NCBI RefSeq assembly: GCF_028641065.1
Contig: NC_073412.1
Span: forward strand, 5,456,001 to 5,520,000
Direction: 5' to 3'
Source of the DNA: Leucoraja erinacea
Taxonomy: Eukaryota
DNA length: 64,000 nucleotides
The notes under the pieces are model-generated. The model saw only the letters and a list, made by a program, of their open reading frames with translations, was not told the origin of the DNA and did not search any database. A program made the position numbers and the translations under genes. Numbering within the stretch: position 1 is the stretch's first letter; each line of letters opens with the position of its first letter. Positions 25,048 to 37,278 of this stretch are shown in pieces.

Positions 25048-25154
25048 TTAGCAAATTGACTCTTTCTGCAGGAAGAATTTTCGGGCATCTTCCCACATCT
25101 CACGGGGAAACCGGTTGGAGAACTCAAGGTAGTCTTGACCTCCAGGAACTCCGA
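25048..25154 (-). CDS. SCAPER: SCAPER terminal coding exon
   Basis: tttcag|TC GGA...; (V)GVPGGQDYLEFSNRFPREMWEDARKFFLQKESIC*, matching recalled human SQDYLELANRFPQQAWEEARQFFLKKEKK. Phase consistent with the preceding exon. Confidence 0.93.
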
Positions 25155-25420
25155 CTGAAACGAGAGGAGCAGATTGAATTGTTAAAAGTCAACATCGTTG
25201 TACCTTGGGGCTTGTTGTGACGTGAGTCACCTCAGTCAGGACTGAGAGTGGAGGGGAAGGTGGTGAGAGGGCGAGTGGCGATTCGGAGCCAGTAGGTGAT
25301 CGATGGGCTGAAGGGCTGAAGGGTGATGGAGCCAGGTTGGGGAGTTGGGGTTGTGGGTGGCGTGGAGTTGGGAGACAGAAGATGAAGGCTGATTGCAGAG
25401 AATACATCGGAGATACACAC

Positions 25421-25472
25421 CTGTCTGGTGAGAAGCCTTATTGTCCGTCTGACTTGAACTCTGAGAAAAATC
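25421..25472 (-). CDS. SCAPER: SCAPER penultimate coding exon (52 nt)
   Basis: ttcttag|GAT..ACA G|gtgtgt; DFSQSSSQTDNKASHQT, aligning to human DLAQTPGQAENQPYQPK. Joins phase 0 to phase 1 correctly. Confidence 0.85.
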
Positions 25473-25702
25473 CTAAGAAAACACAATATTGTCATTATAT
25501 TCATTATGCATTTTTATTTAATCCTTTACTCATTTCTTTCTACTTTTTCCATTCTGCCCATTTTTGATATCCTAGAGCAGAGTACCAGTTGGTACAGTGA
25601 AATGTGTGGTCACCATACAGCCATAGGAATAAAAAAAAAGACACAACACACGATAGCCTCAAGTGTATAGGTCAGTGTGGGAATGGGACCTGTGATATAA
25701 GT

Positions 25703-26500
25703 CTCATATTTTGCTTGAGCAGCTTACAGCCCAGTGGTATGAATCCTGATTTCTCTAACTTCAAGTAACCCCAGTATTCCCTCTCCCTCAATTCCTCCAC
25801 CACCCAAGGCCCGCCAGCTTCTCGTCTTCACCCAACAAACAGCCAACAATGACCTGCTTCCTTTATCATCGTTACTTCTTTGCGTAATCTTTCATTCATT
25901 GTTCTATAGACCTGCACGGGAAGGTAGGCGCTCCCGCCCCCACGAGTCTCGGGAAGATGGGGCTCGTCAGCCTGGGAAGGCAGTCCATCTGGGAGAGGGA
26001 AAACTCTGATTTAAAACCTCCACTGCTTGGTGGCCATATCCAGTCATGGAAAAGGCTCCAGGTGTTAACCTCAAGAAAATCCGCAGTCGGAGCCCCTAAG
26101 GCAGTTCGTCGTTGTCTACAACCTCGCTCTGGCAGCTCCTGCGATGGCGCTGGTGCCAAACTGTAACGGCCCTGCTGTTCCTTTGGATCAATCAGCGACA
26201 TGGAGAGGGGGGGACGTGCTGCAAGGGCAACAGCCTGTCCTCCACATGACATCGATCGCCCAGGCTTGCATCCGACCAGTCATGGTCAGTCATGATCGAG
26301 GGGGGCTACTAAATCTCTCCACCTCATCGGCCATATCCCTCGTTTCCCTTTCCCGTGACTTTCAGTCTGTAGAAGGGTCTCATTCCAAAACGACACCCGT
26401 CCTTTCTCTGCAGAGATGCTGCCTGTCCCGCTGAGTTACTCCAGCTTTTTGTGTCTATCTTCGGTTTAAGCCAGCATCTGCAGTTCCTTCCTACACATAA
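25703..26500 (+). mobile_element. Penelope-like element 3' end (GIY-YIG C-terminus plus pLTR), interrupted at about 25909-26311
   Basis: 25703-25768 encodes LIFCLSSLQPSGMNPDFSNFK*. Downstream pLTR has a mutated hammerhead (ctgtagaagggtctcattccaaaacgac) and a B arm. Confidence 0.72.
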
Positions 26501-26742
26501 GTGACTGAGATGGTTTGAGGAGTGGATAAGTTATCTGTGTGAGATAACGCTTTACGAGAGAAGGCAGGTACGGGATACTGAGTTGGATGATCAGCCATGA
26601 TCATATTGAATGGCGGTGCAGGCTCGAAGGGCCGAATGGCCTACTCCTGCACCTAATTTCTATGTTTACCGAGAATTCAGCAAAACCCTGAACATAATGA
26701 CAATGTGGTGAACACTAAAGAGCGACAGACATGCAGGTTTAC

Positions 26743-26934
26743 CTGGATAAAGGTGGCCAGCAGAATGCAGCTCATCTCCTGCTCCAGGATGACCTTGTTC
26801 TGCTGGTTGTTGTAACAAGCTGTGATCAGTGTTGGGAACAGGACTTTGATCAGGCGCTGGTCACTGAAGTATTGGAAAGGCAGCTGGCAAAGCTTCTGCA
26901 GCACTGTAGGATGCCGGCCTGACTGGACTGTCAC
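26743..26934 (-). CDS. SCAPER: SCAPER coding exon (192 nt)
   Basis: tttcag|GTG...ATC CAG|gtaaac; VTVQSGRHPTVLQKLCQLPFQYFSDQRLIKVLFPTLITACYNNQQNKVILEQEMSCILLATFIQ. Confidence 0.97.
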
Positions 26935-27220
26935 CTGAAAGAAAGCAGTTCGTAAAATAGTTTTAAAAAAATCAGCAGGAGAATTTATAATATACAAACT
27001 TCATTGATTGGATTTATTATATACACATCACGCCCGCAATTACTGTCCCCAGGAGCACTATTGCCAGAGAGCCTCTGTTTTCTATCTTCTCTGCCTCGTA
27101 GCCCGGACGAGACGGAAACACTTCATACTCGAGTCGAGCATTTCTCATGTTGTAGTTGGCCTCACAGTTTCAGAAGTATAACAGGAACAGCTTCAGTTAG
27201 ACAGGGCATTGGTGAGACCT

Positions 27221-27465
27221 AAGGTAGACAAAAATGCTGGAGAAACTCAGCGGGTGCAGCAGCATCTATGGAGCGAAGGAAATAGGTAACGTTTCGGCCC
27301 GAAACCCTTCGGGTTTCGAACCGAAACGTTGCCTATTTCCTTTGGGTTTTGGCCCGAAACGTTGCCTATTTCCTTTGCTCCATAGATGCTGCTGCACCCG
27401 CTGAGTTTCTCCAGCATTTTTGTCCACCTTCGATTTTCCAGCATCTGCACAGTTCCTTCTTAAAC
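27221..27465. mobile_element. Subfamily-A fold-back element
   Basis: Inverted arms with a duplicated central unit. Confidence 0.85.
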
Positions 27466-27513
27466 AATCTCTAACAGTGGTTACACCTGACATTATCACA
27501 TCATGGGCATATA

Positions 27514-27516
<3 letters not shown>

Positions 27517-27576
<60 letters not shown>

Positions 27577-27594
27577 TGTGTGTGTGTGTGTGTG
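27517..27594. repeat. (TG)n microsatellite
   Basis: Direct reading. Confidence 0.95.
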
Positions 27595-29179
27595 GCTAAT
27601 AGTATACACCTCAGCATGGACTGCCCTGGAATCATTAATTAAGAGGACCCACATATACAGAAGCACAAGACCATGCCCATACACTCTCTATAGTCCCTGG
27701 GCAGAAAGGTTCACACCCAGTGCCCATCGGCCGAAACCCTTCTTCAGACTGATAGGGGGTGATTGATGAGACCATATCTGGAAGACTGTGTGCAGGTGAC
27801 CACAAAATGTCATTCGTGTTAAGTAAAAAACACACACAAATTCTGGTGCAATGATATAGGGTGTGAACATGGTGAAAATCCACATGGTGAAAATCCACAT
27901 GATACCAGCGGTTTCAGAAGACAAATAATTTCAACAGTAGACACAAAATGCTGGAGTAACTCAACGGGACAGTTGGCATCTCTGGAGAGAAGGAATGTGT
28001 GATGTTTCGGGTCGAGACTCTTCTTTAGATGGCAACCAGGTTTCACAACTCTTTATGTAATTTTCCTACATGTAATATTTCTACCTTTATCACCTCAACC
28101 CTGCGCTGTTTGACAATTCCTGTCGCTTTGAGTATGTGCTGCCTTACATGTAAACCCATTTGTGTTGCTGCTTTATTAAAGTGGTCAGGGCAGATTAGTA
28201 CAGCACACAGCTACGAGTGGGCACGTCCTTTACCTTGCGCTGTTTAGCACCGTGTCGACGGCAACAAAATGGGACGCGAGACAACGCAGATGCCAGAGTA
28301 GGGAAGTGGTTACCTCCAAATGACCGCTTCAGTGGAAGAAAGGTCAGAGGTCACGCATGACATGGCAGAGGAAACAGCTCTGGAATGTCCCATTCTGCGG
28401 TACAATAAACTTTAAACAGCCCTGGGCCACGAAGGCATTTGCGGCAATCGTTCCACTAGCTGTTGCAAGATTTCTTATTCTTAATTAAATGAATTATTGT
28501 TAATCTGATAGTTAGCAGAGTCGTATTCTGGGCGAGGTATGGAAAATTAATCAGCTTTTCTTATCTCAATTGCTACATGTTGGGAATTCACCTGTCAGGT
28601 GAGAACAAATAGGACAGATTCCTTCTCTCCAGAGATGCTGCCTGCCCCGCTGAGTTACTCCAGCTTTCGGTTTAAACCAGCATCTGCAGTTCCTTCCTAC
28701 AAATAGGACAGCTGTGATGCTTTGCACAGTCAAATATCGGTGAGATATTCATCTTCGAGGCTTATATTTTAAAAATGGCTATTTGAGTAACTTACTAGAG
28801 TCCTGCTAACACTCCTGTAAATGGACCCTTCAAGAATTCTGATGAAGGAATTTTCAACCAGAAACATTAATTCCAGATCTGTGGATCTGTTTCCACAGAT
28901 GCTGCCTGACCTCCTGAGTGTTTCCAGCATTTTCAGATTTTACCTCAACCAAATTCTGAGCCTTCAAATCAATGATGAGAACATTAAAGAGTGCTGGTGT
29001 TCATTTATTGCTTTTCCCAGTTATTCCATGTTCAGAAAAAGTGTTCCATTTTATCGCCCGCCTACCAAGTAAATCGGGAGCCATCTGATCAATCACTGAA
29101 TCCAATACTTTATATATGTATTTTATACAAACAACACTGAACTGTTGTTAAAAGGATTCACAATCCTATGGGGATCATT

Positions 29180-29396
29180 GTGCAATCTCTGCCACAGAGG
29201 GTAGTTGAGGCCAGTTCATTGGCTATATTTAAGAGGGAGTTAGATGTGGCCCTTGTGGCTAAGGGGATCAGGGGGTATGGAGAGAAGGCAGGTACGGGAA
29301 ACTGAGTTGGATGATCAGCCATGATCATATTGAATGGCGGTGCAGGCTCGAAGGGCCGAATGGCCTACTCCTGCACCTAATTTCTATGTTTCTATG
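29180..29396 (+). mobile_element. CR1 3' end
   Basis: ctctgccacagagggtagttgaggcc...cctaatttctatgtttctatg. Confidence 0.88.
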
Positions 29397-29551
29397 TCTA
29401 TGGGAATCATTGTGCAATTCAGATTGGATTTCAGGACGTTCAGATATTTGATCCCAATTTTGTTAGTGATAAAATGGACAATTGAGTGAGTTTTTGTATC
29501 AAGTAGAGTTTGCTTATTCCCTGGCAAGGAGATGATGTGTTCTAACTCTTA

Positions 29552-29898
29552 AGGGCCTGTCCCACGAGCATGCGACCTGCATGCGGCAAGCGCGACCAAA
29601 CCAGAAGCGGGGTCCGCGCGGAGTTTGAGTGAGTGACATGAAGTTCAAGCGAAGTCCGCGGGAAGTTCGTGCGTGACGTACGGCATCGAGGCGGCTGCGG
29701 GCTGGCAGGCCGTTGCCGCGCGGAATTTTTGAACACGGTCAGTTTTTCGGAGCCCCGCGCGATGTCAGGACCAGCTCCGCACAACTCCATACGGCTCCGG
29801 CGATCGAAGTGGGACCGGCCCCGCGAGGCCGTACGGCTCAAGCGACCACGTTAGGTTGCGCTTGCCGCATGGAGTCGCATGCTCGTGGGACAGGCCCT
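29552..29898. mobile_element. PIF/Harbinger-like MITE
   Basis: Perfect 25-nt TIR AGGGCCTGTCCCACGAGCATGCGAC, TTA target duplication on both sides, CpG-rich interior. Confidence 0.88.
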
Positions 29899-30612
29899 TT
29901 ACTCTAACTTCTACATGGTAAACCTTGCAGCTCCTTGGCAGCAGCCAAACTAATTTCAGCCCGTCTTTTCTTATCATGCATGTGCAACAAGCAGAGATTT
30001 AAAAATGCCAAGGATGCAATTTCACTCTCTTTTAAGATAAGAATTGCAGGAAATAACACTGTGAAATAAGATTCTGAGAATCGGACACTAGGAAATTGAA
30101 TTCAAAAGGTAAAGGCAAATCGGTACAAGTCATTGATAGACTGCAGCTGGGATTCTGAGTGGTCTGTGTACAGTTTTTCTACACTTTTTCTGAGAGGCTG
30201 AATCTGTGACAATCTGTGGAACTGGTCAAAGGATTCACGACAAAGCCCACAAAAGAGTCATTGCTCTTGGATTATTTCATGTACATTTTATGACTCCTTT
30301 CAGAAAGGTGACCTTCGTGAACCTGCAGAAAATCTTTCCAGTGTGCCTTCCCCTCGCCTCCAACCTTTTAGCAGCCAAGTTGACCGAACCTAATGAAGCA
30401 TGAATAGCCTTGGTCTCCAAAGGCACAGCGGTACCCAATTAAACTCCTGTTCCTTCCCCCTCGACCCACCAAATGTAGCATTAGTTTCCTGCATGAAGAA
30501 TACTGGACGGTTATCCCTGTGTTCTACAGAGATTTTACTGCAGTCTATGTTAAAAAGCAAGCAGCGATCGAAAAGAGGTGGCGTGGCGTTGGAGGCTGGT
30601 GTTGGGCATGTG

Positions 30613-30649
<37 letters not shown>

Positions 30650-32539
30650 AGGTGGTGTTGGGCATGTGGTGAGGGGGAAGGGAGCGAGGACTTCAAAAAA
30701 ATTCCAGCAATGTCGCCATTCACTTTTCTTATCACATCTCTCATCAGCTCAGCAGAGTCCAAGAGTAAGACTGTTTAGACTAATGGGACTTGTCATAAAG
30801 CAGGCCAAGTTTACAGAGAGTCTCGCGCACATTAAGAAATGAAGCAATACCTCTAATGGAACCTTGCTGTGCCCACATCCTGTTAGTTCTACAGAACCTT
30901 TTCAATCAAGTCATTAAATTCAACTAACAGATATTAAAATCAAATCACTCCCAGGTTAGGTTGATTACCAATGAACAATAAGGAAACATAAATTCCCCAG
31001 GAGCAGTCTTTCTTCAGCCTGGGAGGTAGGCAGGGCCAGGCCTGGAGGAGCAGTAAAACTGCAGCTCGGGATTGTAAATTGTGGATTGGCAAAGCACAAT
31101 CTTTCCAGGCGTAGCCACTCACACTGACTACCACCCAAATTAAAGCCAGAGGTGCTGCACGAAACAAAGGGGCCTGTGACAACATCAATTTCAGGGCTTT
31201 ACAAGATTTCTTTCAAAGGATTTTTAACAGCTGCTGCAGAATATACGGGCCCACTGATCATGTACTTGAGTTGTAAGAATGCAAGTAAACAAATCCAAGT
31301 TTCAGGCACGAGGGCGAGAGTCCCGCTGCCAAGGGTTGTAAAATATAGCCAGCAACAATATGTGACACACGACTTAACGCTGCATACTGTGCAAGACACT
31401 GACGACCCGAGCCGGGCGGGCAGTGATTTACGGTGCAAGATTAAAGGGGAGCGCACAGCGAGAGAGAGAGAAAAAAAAATGATATCCAACGTACTGAAGA
31501 AAAGATGAAATCAGAAATCTGGTGCTCTGAATCAGTTGGAAAACGAGCAGAGTGTTTACTGGTTTGGGTGGCATAACAAGAGATTAAAAACACTTAAAAG
31601 AAAATACTACCAGCCATGGCAGGAAAGAATAAGAGTAATAACATCTTAGCAGGGATACTTCATCAGAAATGGTTTAAAGCCATTCGATTTTTCAATGATA
31701 TATTTCCACCGCTTTACATTTTGTTTGTCCTGTGGGCTACAGAATTAAAAGATCCCAGGACACTATTAAGAAGTAGAACAGTGAGTGCACTGGATTATGT
31801 TTATTCCTCCGCCGACATTGCTAGAACAGATTATCTGGATGTTATTAAATGTCATTTATTGGGGCTAGCTGTGCACAAATTGGCTGCCATGTTTCCTACA
31901 CTATAACACTGAGCGTGCTTCAGAAGTACTTAATTGGCTTTAAAGTGCTCAGGGGCATCCTGAGATCATGATAGACATTCTATAAATGCAAGGTTTTTTT
32001 TATATATAAAGTACGAAACAAAAATGGAGAAAAATATGCAATTAACATGCAAAAGTCAAAAATGAAGTGATTTCCCCCCCCAGTAACTGATGAATCGGTT
32101 TGGCGTTTTCAATAGTGGGTTCAGAATGTGCCAGGAAATAATGAAACATTGAATATTTTGCATTTTTCATTGTTGAATAAACAGTGGCGTTACTAACCAA
32201 ATAGTAGTCAGTCGTACAGCACGGAAACAGTGCCTTCGGACCAACTGGTCCATGCCGCCCAAGATATGCATCAACATTAGTCCCATATGACCAACACCCT
32301 TCTTTTCCTTTGTATCCATATACTTGTCCAAATGTCCCCTAAATGCTGTTATTGTATCTGTTATTGTTGTCTTGGGCTAAAATGTGTATGGCTTTCAAAT
32401 GAGATAATTACTGGACTTTTAAAAATGAATGTTGGTATAAACGATGCAAGCTTCACATGGATTTATCAGGTAAACTCTAGTTTCATCGTTGATGTTGGGT
32501 GCCAGCCTTTGCCTTGTGTGTAACACTCTAGTCACAACA

Positions 32540-33030
32540 CCGGAAGTCCCCCACTAATCCTCGGCCTCATTCTCCTCCTTTAAAACGTTTTCTAATCTCT
32601 TAACTCGACGGAGATGCGATTTTTTCCCGTATCGTATGTCTGTCCGCACTGCGGCCTAACATCGAGGAGTTGGCGGCCTTTGCTGGAGTCCGACTTCGAA
32701 AGCACCACTGCGGGAGCTGCGGGATTTTAACATCGCGGAGCTTGCGTTCTCTGGTCAGAGATCGACCTCTGTGCTCTACCGTGGGTGCCTGCGGACCATA
32801 ACATCGTGGAGCCGGCGTTCTCTGGGCAGAGGCCGACATCGGAAACTCCAAGCCGCAGGAGCTTCGACTGCGCCGACACGGGAGTTTCGATCGCCCCGAC
32901 ACGGGAGTTTCGATTGTCCCGACACGGGAGTTTCGATCGCCCCGACATGGGAGTTTCGATTGTCCCGACGTGGGGGCTTCGACCACCCAGACAAATGGTT
33001 CGACTGCCCCGACCGTGGGAGAAAAGTAAA
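32540..33030 (+). repeat. CpG-rich interspersed element with a 23-bp tandem array (32857-33010)
   Basis: About 6 units of gggagtttcgat(c/t)g(c/t)cccgacac inside a GC/CpG-rich block in an otherwise CpG-poor intron. Class unresolved, possibly a LINE 5' UTR. Confidence 0.6.
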
Positions 33031-34556
33031 ATACCTGAGAGTAAAATTGCATTTAATACTTAATGTAACACCGCACAAATATATCCATACTCTTGTACTC
33101 AAATTGTCTAGCGGTGAAGGCCAACATGCCATCAGGCTTCCTAACTACTAACTGCATCTCATTGCTTGCTGTCAATGTACATGGACAAACTGGTACTCCA
33201 GCACTGGTTTGAACAAACCACTTCTTTTGCATCACCAACAGATAATAATCTATTACCGGAGCATTTCATGGGCCTGTCCAAATACTGCTAAGGGCACTAG
33301 TGCCAACTCTGATCAGGTGATGGGATCAATTTAACCAAATCTGGCAATCCCAGAGAGCAGTGCACATTTGCTAGATATGCGTTCAGGTCGCCTTCTCCCA
33401 ACGTGACCTCTGGGAATCAGGGATAAAAAGGTAAAGTGAGCTCGAAGGTCATTTTGGAAAGTGTGTTTCCTCACGGAAAGGGACACTGGCCATTAAAAAA
33501 GCCTCTAAGCGAAGATCTTCAATGAAACGGCACCTCCCAATGGCCTCATTATTTTCACTATACTCTTCACTCACAGTTATTGCCAGCAATGTTTTTGTTA
33601 GCCAGCTTTCAATCCTCTGGTTACTAATTCTGTGTTTACTCATTAAGGCCGTGACAGCTGAATATTTCACCCTGCCAACTATTGTGGGAAGCCATGCCAT
33701 TGCACATCCTGTGTAAGCCCACTCCGGCACTTATCTCAATTAGACACCCGTCTGCGGCTGATTTGCACAAGATCAGTGCTGGATCATTACTTGGTGTGGC
33801 AGCGAGCTGCCCAGAATCAGAGAGAGATTCCTCTGGATCAGTTAACAGATCAAAACATTTGATTGTGCTTGTGTTTGGCCAAATAGGAAAGTTGATGCTG
33901 AGTGTAATGCCTCTCAGACAGCAGCAACTCTATCATTTGTCTAATGGGCTTGAGATTTAAATAAAAAATCTTGGCAGTACATAGTGACGCAGTTTAAACA
34001 ACTGGGAAACATACAATTTGCATCAGGCACTAGCACAGAAATCCCACTTTATAGGCCATATTTTCCTTTTGCTTTCTCCCATTACTAATTAAAAGATCAG
34101 TAAGGAATTTCTGAGCTTTTTAAAGGATGTAAAACAGAGAAATGTTACATTGGATATAGAGCTACATTGAAGAATAAGACGCAAACACTTTAAAAGAATG
34201 TAACAAGGTTAATTCATTAGGCACAGTAGCAACAATCTGAGCGCACAGAGTTATCAACTTTAGACAGAAGATGTTAAAAGCAGAATTCTTTTTTTCAAAG
34301 CTAAGTAACTCGTAAATGTTGTGGATTGGGGAGGCAAGTGTTCTTATATATGAATCGGAAAGTTTTCTGACAATATAGCAAACAAACGGGAATTCAAGAG
34401 AAATGTTATTGTAAGAGGACTTAACGGAATGGTGTCTTGCGTCATGCAATAGATTAGGTTTTGGTGAATCTACATCCTTCCCCCTAACTCTCCGTCTGAG
34501 GAAGGGTCTCGACCCGAAGCGTTCTCTCCAGAGATGCTGCCTCTCCTGCTGAGTTA

Positions 34557-34758
34557 TGCCCCTGTCCCACTTAGGAAACCTGAATGGAAACCTCTGGAGA
34601 CTTTGCGCCCCACCCAAGGTTTCCGTGTGGTTCCCGGAGGCTTTTGTCGGTCTCCCTAATGGTCGAAAGTGGTTTCCGCTTCTTCTATGTTCCGGCGATG
34701 AGTCACGGGCAAACTCGGCAGAGGTCGGGAATTAGGTCGTGAAAGTGGGACAGGCCCT
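34557..34758. mobile_element. PIF/Harbinger-like MITE with mismatched ends, inserted in a subfamily-B element
   Basis: TTA|TGCCCCTGTCCCACTTAGGAAACC...AAAGTGGGACAGGCCCT|TTA. Confidence 0.75.
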
Positions 34759-36274
34759 TTAGTATGTTTTAAATTCTGCTTCTATCGTCCTTTCCAACTA
34801 CAAGTTAAATACCCAGAACAACTTCTGGCAAAAATAATTCTCTTTCCCCTATTCTTTTTTAAGGATTGACGTGAGTTTGATCCATTTTAAATGCTGCACA
34901 TCTTGCACCTGTATCTTTCCCTCATTACATGCAGATCCACAAATGGATACAATTATATTCAATCATTTTTTTGGAGTATGGATTTTTGCAACTAGGCTTG
35001 CGCTTATTATTGGCATGCATACCAGGGTACAGGGTAAAATTTTGGTTTTGCATGCTATCCAATCAGTTCAGATAGCAATATACATAAATACAAACAAGTC
35101 AAACTCTTTGACGAAGAAGGGTCTCGACCCAAAACGTCACCTTCCTTCTCTCCAGACATGCTGCCTGTCCCGCTGAGTTACTCCAGTATTTTGTACAATA
35201 GGCAGAGCAAAGGGGAAGATACAGAGTGCAGAATTTAGCTCTCTGTTTTTTGTAGTGCATCGGTTCCAGAGACTTTATCTTTCTGCTGTATCTTTCTGCA
35301 TTGTTTATTTTTAATCCACTCTTCTTGTAAAGATCATTTGCAAACATCTACATCTAATATTACAATGATTAGCTAAAATTAACAGAAAATGCTCCTGAGT
35401 AATTCAATTTTATTTTTGGTGATTTGCATTTAAAAAAAATGCCACCATAGCCTCAAAAACGTTCCCTCGTCCAATGCTCACACAGATGTCAGATGCAACG
35501 TAGAAAGCAATTTATTAATGCTCAAATTTTTCTTTGAAGACTATGTATATCAGGGGTTAATGTCAATGGGTGGAATCTTTCATACTTGTGGTGGATAGTT
35601 TTGCTTTAAAGATAGAAGATCTGCATTATTTCCTCCCGAACATACATAAACAGATCCCGAAGCAGAGGCACTGAATCAGCAGAAAATGTCACAGGCCCGG
35701 CCTTTTTCGTGCTCTCAGGTCAATTCTACATTGCTTTATAGTTTCCACCAGTGCTTACATTAGCGCTGAGATGCAAAGGCTGTTCCAGAACCTCCAATCG
35801 TGAGCCTTGCGCAACCTTTTGAAACTCTGACAGATATTTCTCCTGCACGCAACTGACAAGATCAAAACCCCTTTGCTTGGAATAGGAAGCAGATGAAAGA
35901 AAAACAGCCCATGGCATTTGTATAGCATCTCGCAATCCTTACTAGGATTCAAGCACTTTTCAACTAATGTAGTATTACTGCAGTTTAGTCACTGTGGGAA
36001 ACTGCAGCAGACGACTCAAATTTCTGTAAAATCCCATATATCCATGAAAGACCTCTGCTTAAAAACTGAAAATGGCACCTCTGACAATGCAGCATACCCT
36101 CAGTAAGGAACTAAAATACTTGGCTAGTCTTTAATATTCCTACGGTTCGAATCCACACCCTTCTGATGCTGACAAGACTACGTTACCAACTGGGTTACAT
36201 GTGGGTACAGATCAATAAGGAAAATGAAGAAAAATGTAAGTGCAAAGTCAAATAAAATAATGGTACTTCATATT

Positions 36275-36550
36275 AGAGTCATAGAGTGATACAGTATGGA
36301 AACAGGCCCTTCGACCTAACTTGCCCAAACGGGCCAACATGTCCCAGCTACACTAGTCCCACCTGCCAGCATTTGTTCCATACCCCTCCAAACCTATCCT
36401 ATCCATGTACCTGCCTAAGTGTTTCTTAAATGCTGGCAGCTTGTTCCATACATCCACCACCCTTTGTGTGAAAAAGTCACCCCTCAGATTCCTATTAAAT
36501 CTATTCCCTTTCACCTTAAACCTGCGTCCTCTGGTCCTTGATTCACCTCC
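36275..36550 (-). mobile_element. CR1 3' fragment
   Basis: ESRTRGRRFKVKGNRFNRNLRGDFFTQRVVDVWNKLP. Confidence 0.85.
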
Positions 36551-36840
36551 ATTGTAACTGTATTTTACAACAGGTCCTAAATATCTACAGGTTACTTGGA
36601 GTGTCACTCTGAGATGCCTTCTGTGAATAAAGCTGAGATTGTGTAAACTAATGCAGATAAGATCATGAGACAAATCAAATATATGGGCCATTGTAGCTGA
36701 GCGAGGCACACACACAGCCCTGGAAAGTAACAACAGGGAACCCTCATGAACATCTTGTCTCAATGGCTGAAGGGTGGTGGTAACATTGCTCCAACTTGTT
36801 GCCCTCAGTAGGAATTCGAGCAGGAGATTGTTCCGTGGTC

Positions 36841-37278
36841 TGCAGGACTTTCATATGAAGAAAGACTGGATAGACTCGTCTTGTACACGCTAGAATTCAG
36901 AAGATTGAGGGGGGATCTTATAGAAACTTACAAAATTCTTAAGGGGTTGGACAGGCTAGATGCAGGAAGATTATTCCCGATGTTGGGGAAGTCCAGAACT
37001 AGGGGTCACAGTTTAAGGATAAGAGGGAAATCTTTTAGGACCGAGATGAGAAATCATTTTTTACACAGAGAGTGGTGAATCTGTTGAATTCTCTGCCACA
37101 GAAGGTAGTTGAGGCCACAGTTCATTGGCTATATTTAAGAGGGAGTTAGATGTGGCCCTTGTGGCTAAAGGGATCAGGGGGTATGGAGAGAAGGCAGGGA
37201 TGGGATACTGAGTTGGATGATCAGCCATGATCATATCGAAGGGCTGAATGGCCTACTCCTGCATCTATGTTTCTATGT
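36841..37278 (+). mobile_element. CR1 3' fragment
   Basis: YTLEFRRLRGDLIETYKILKGLDRLDAGRLFP; standard tail. Confidence 0.9.
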
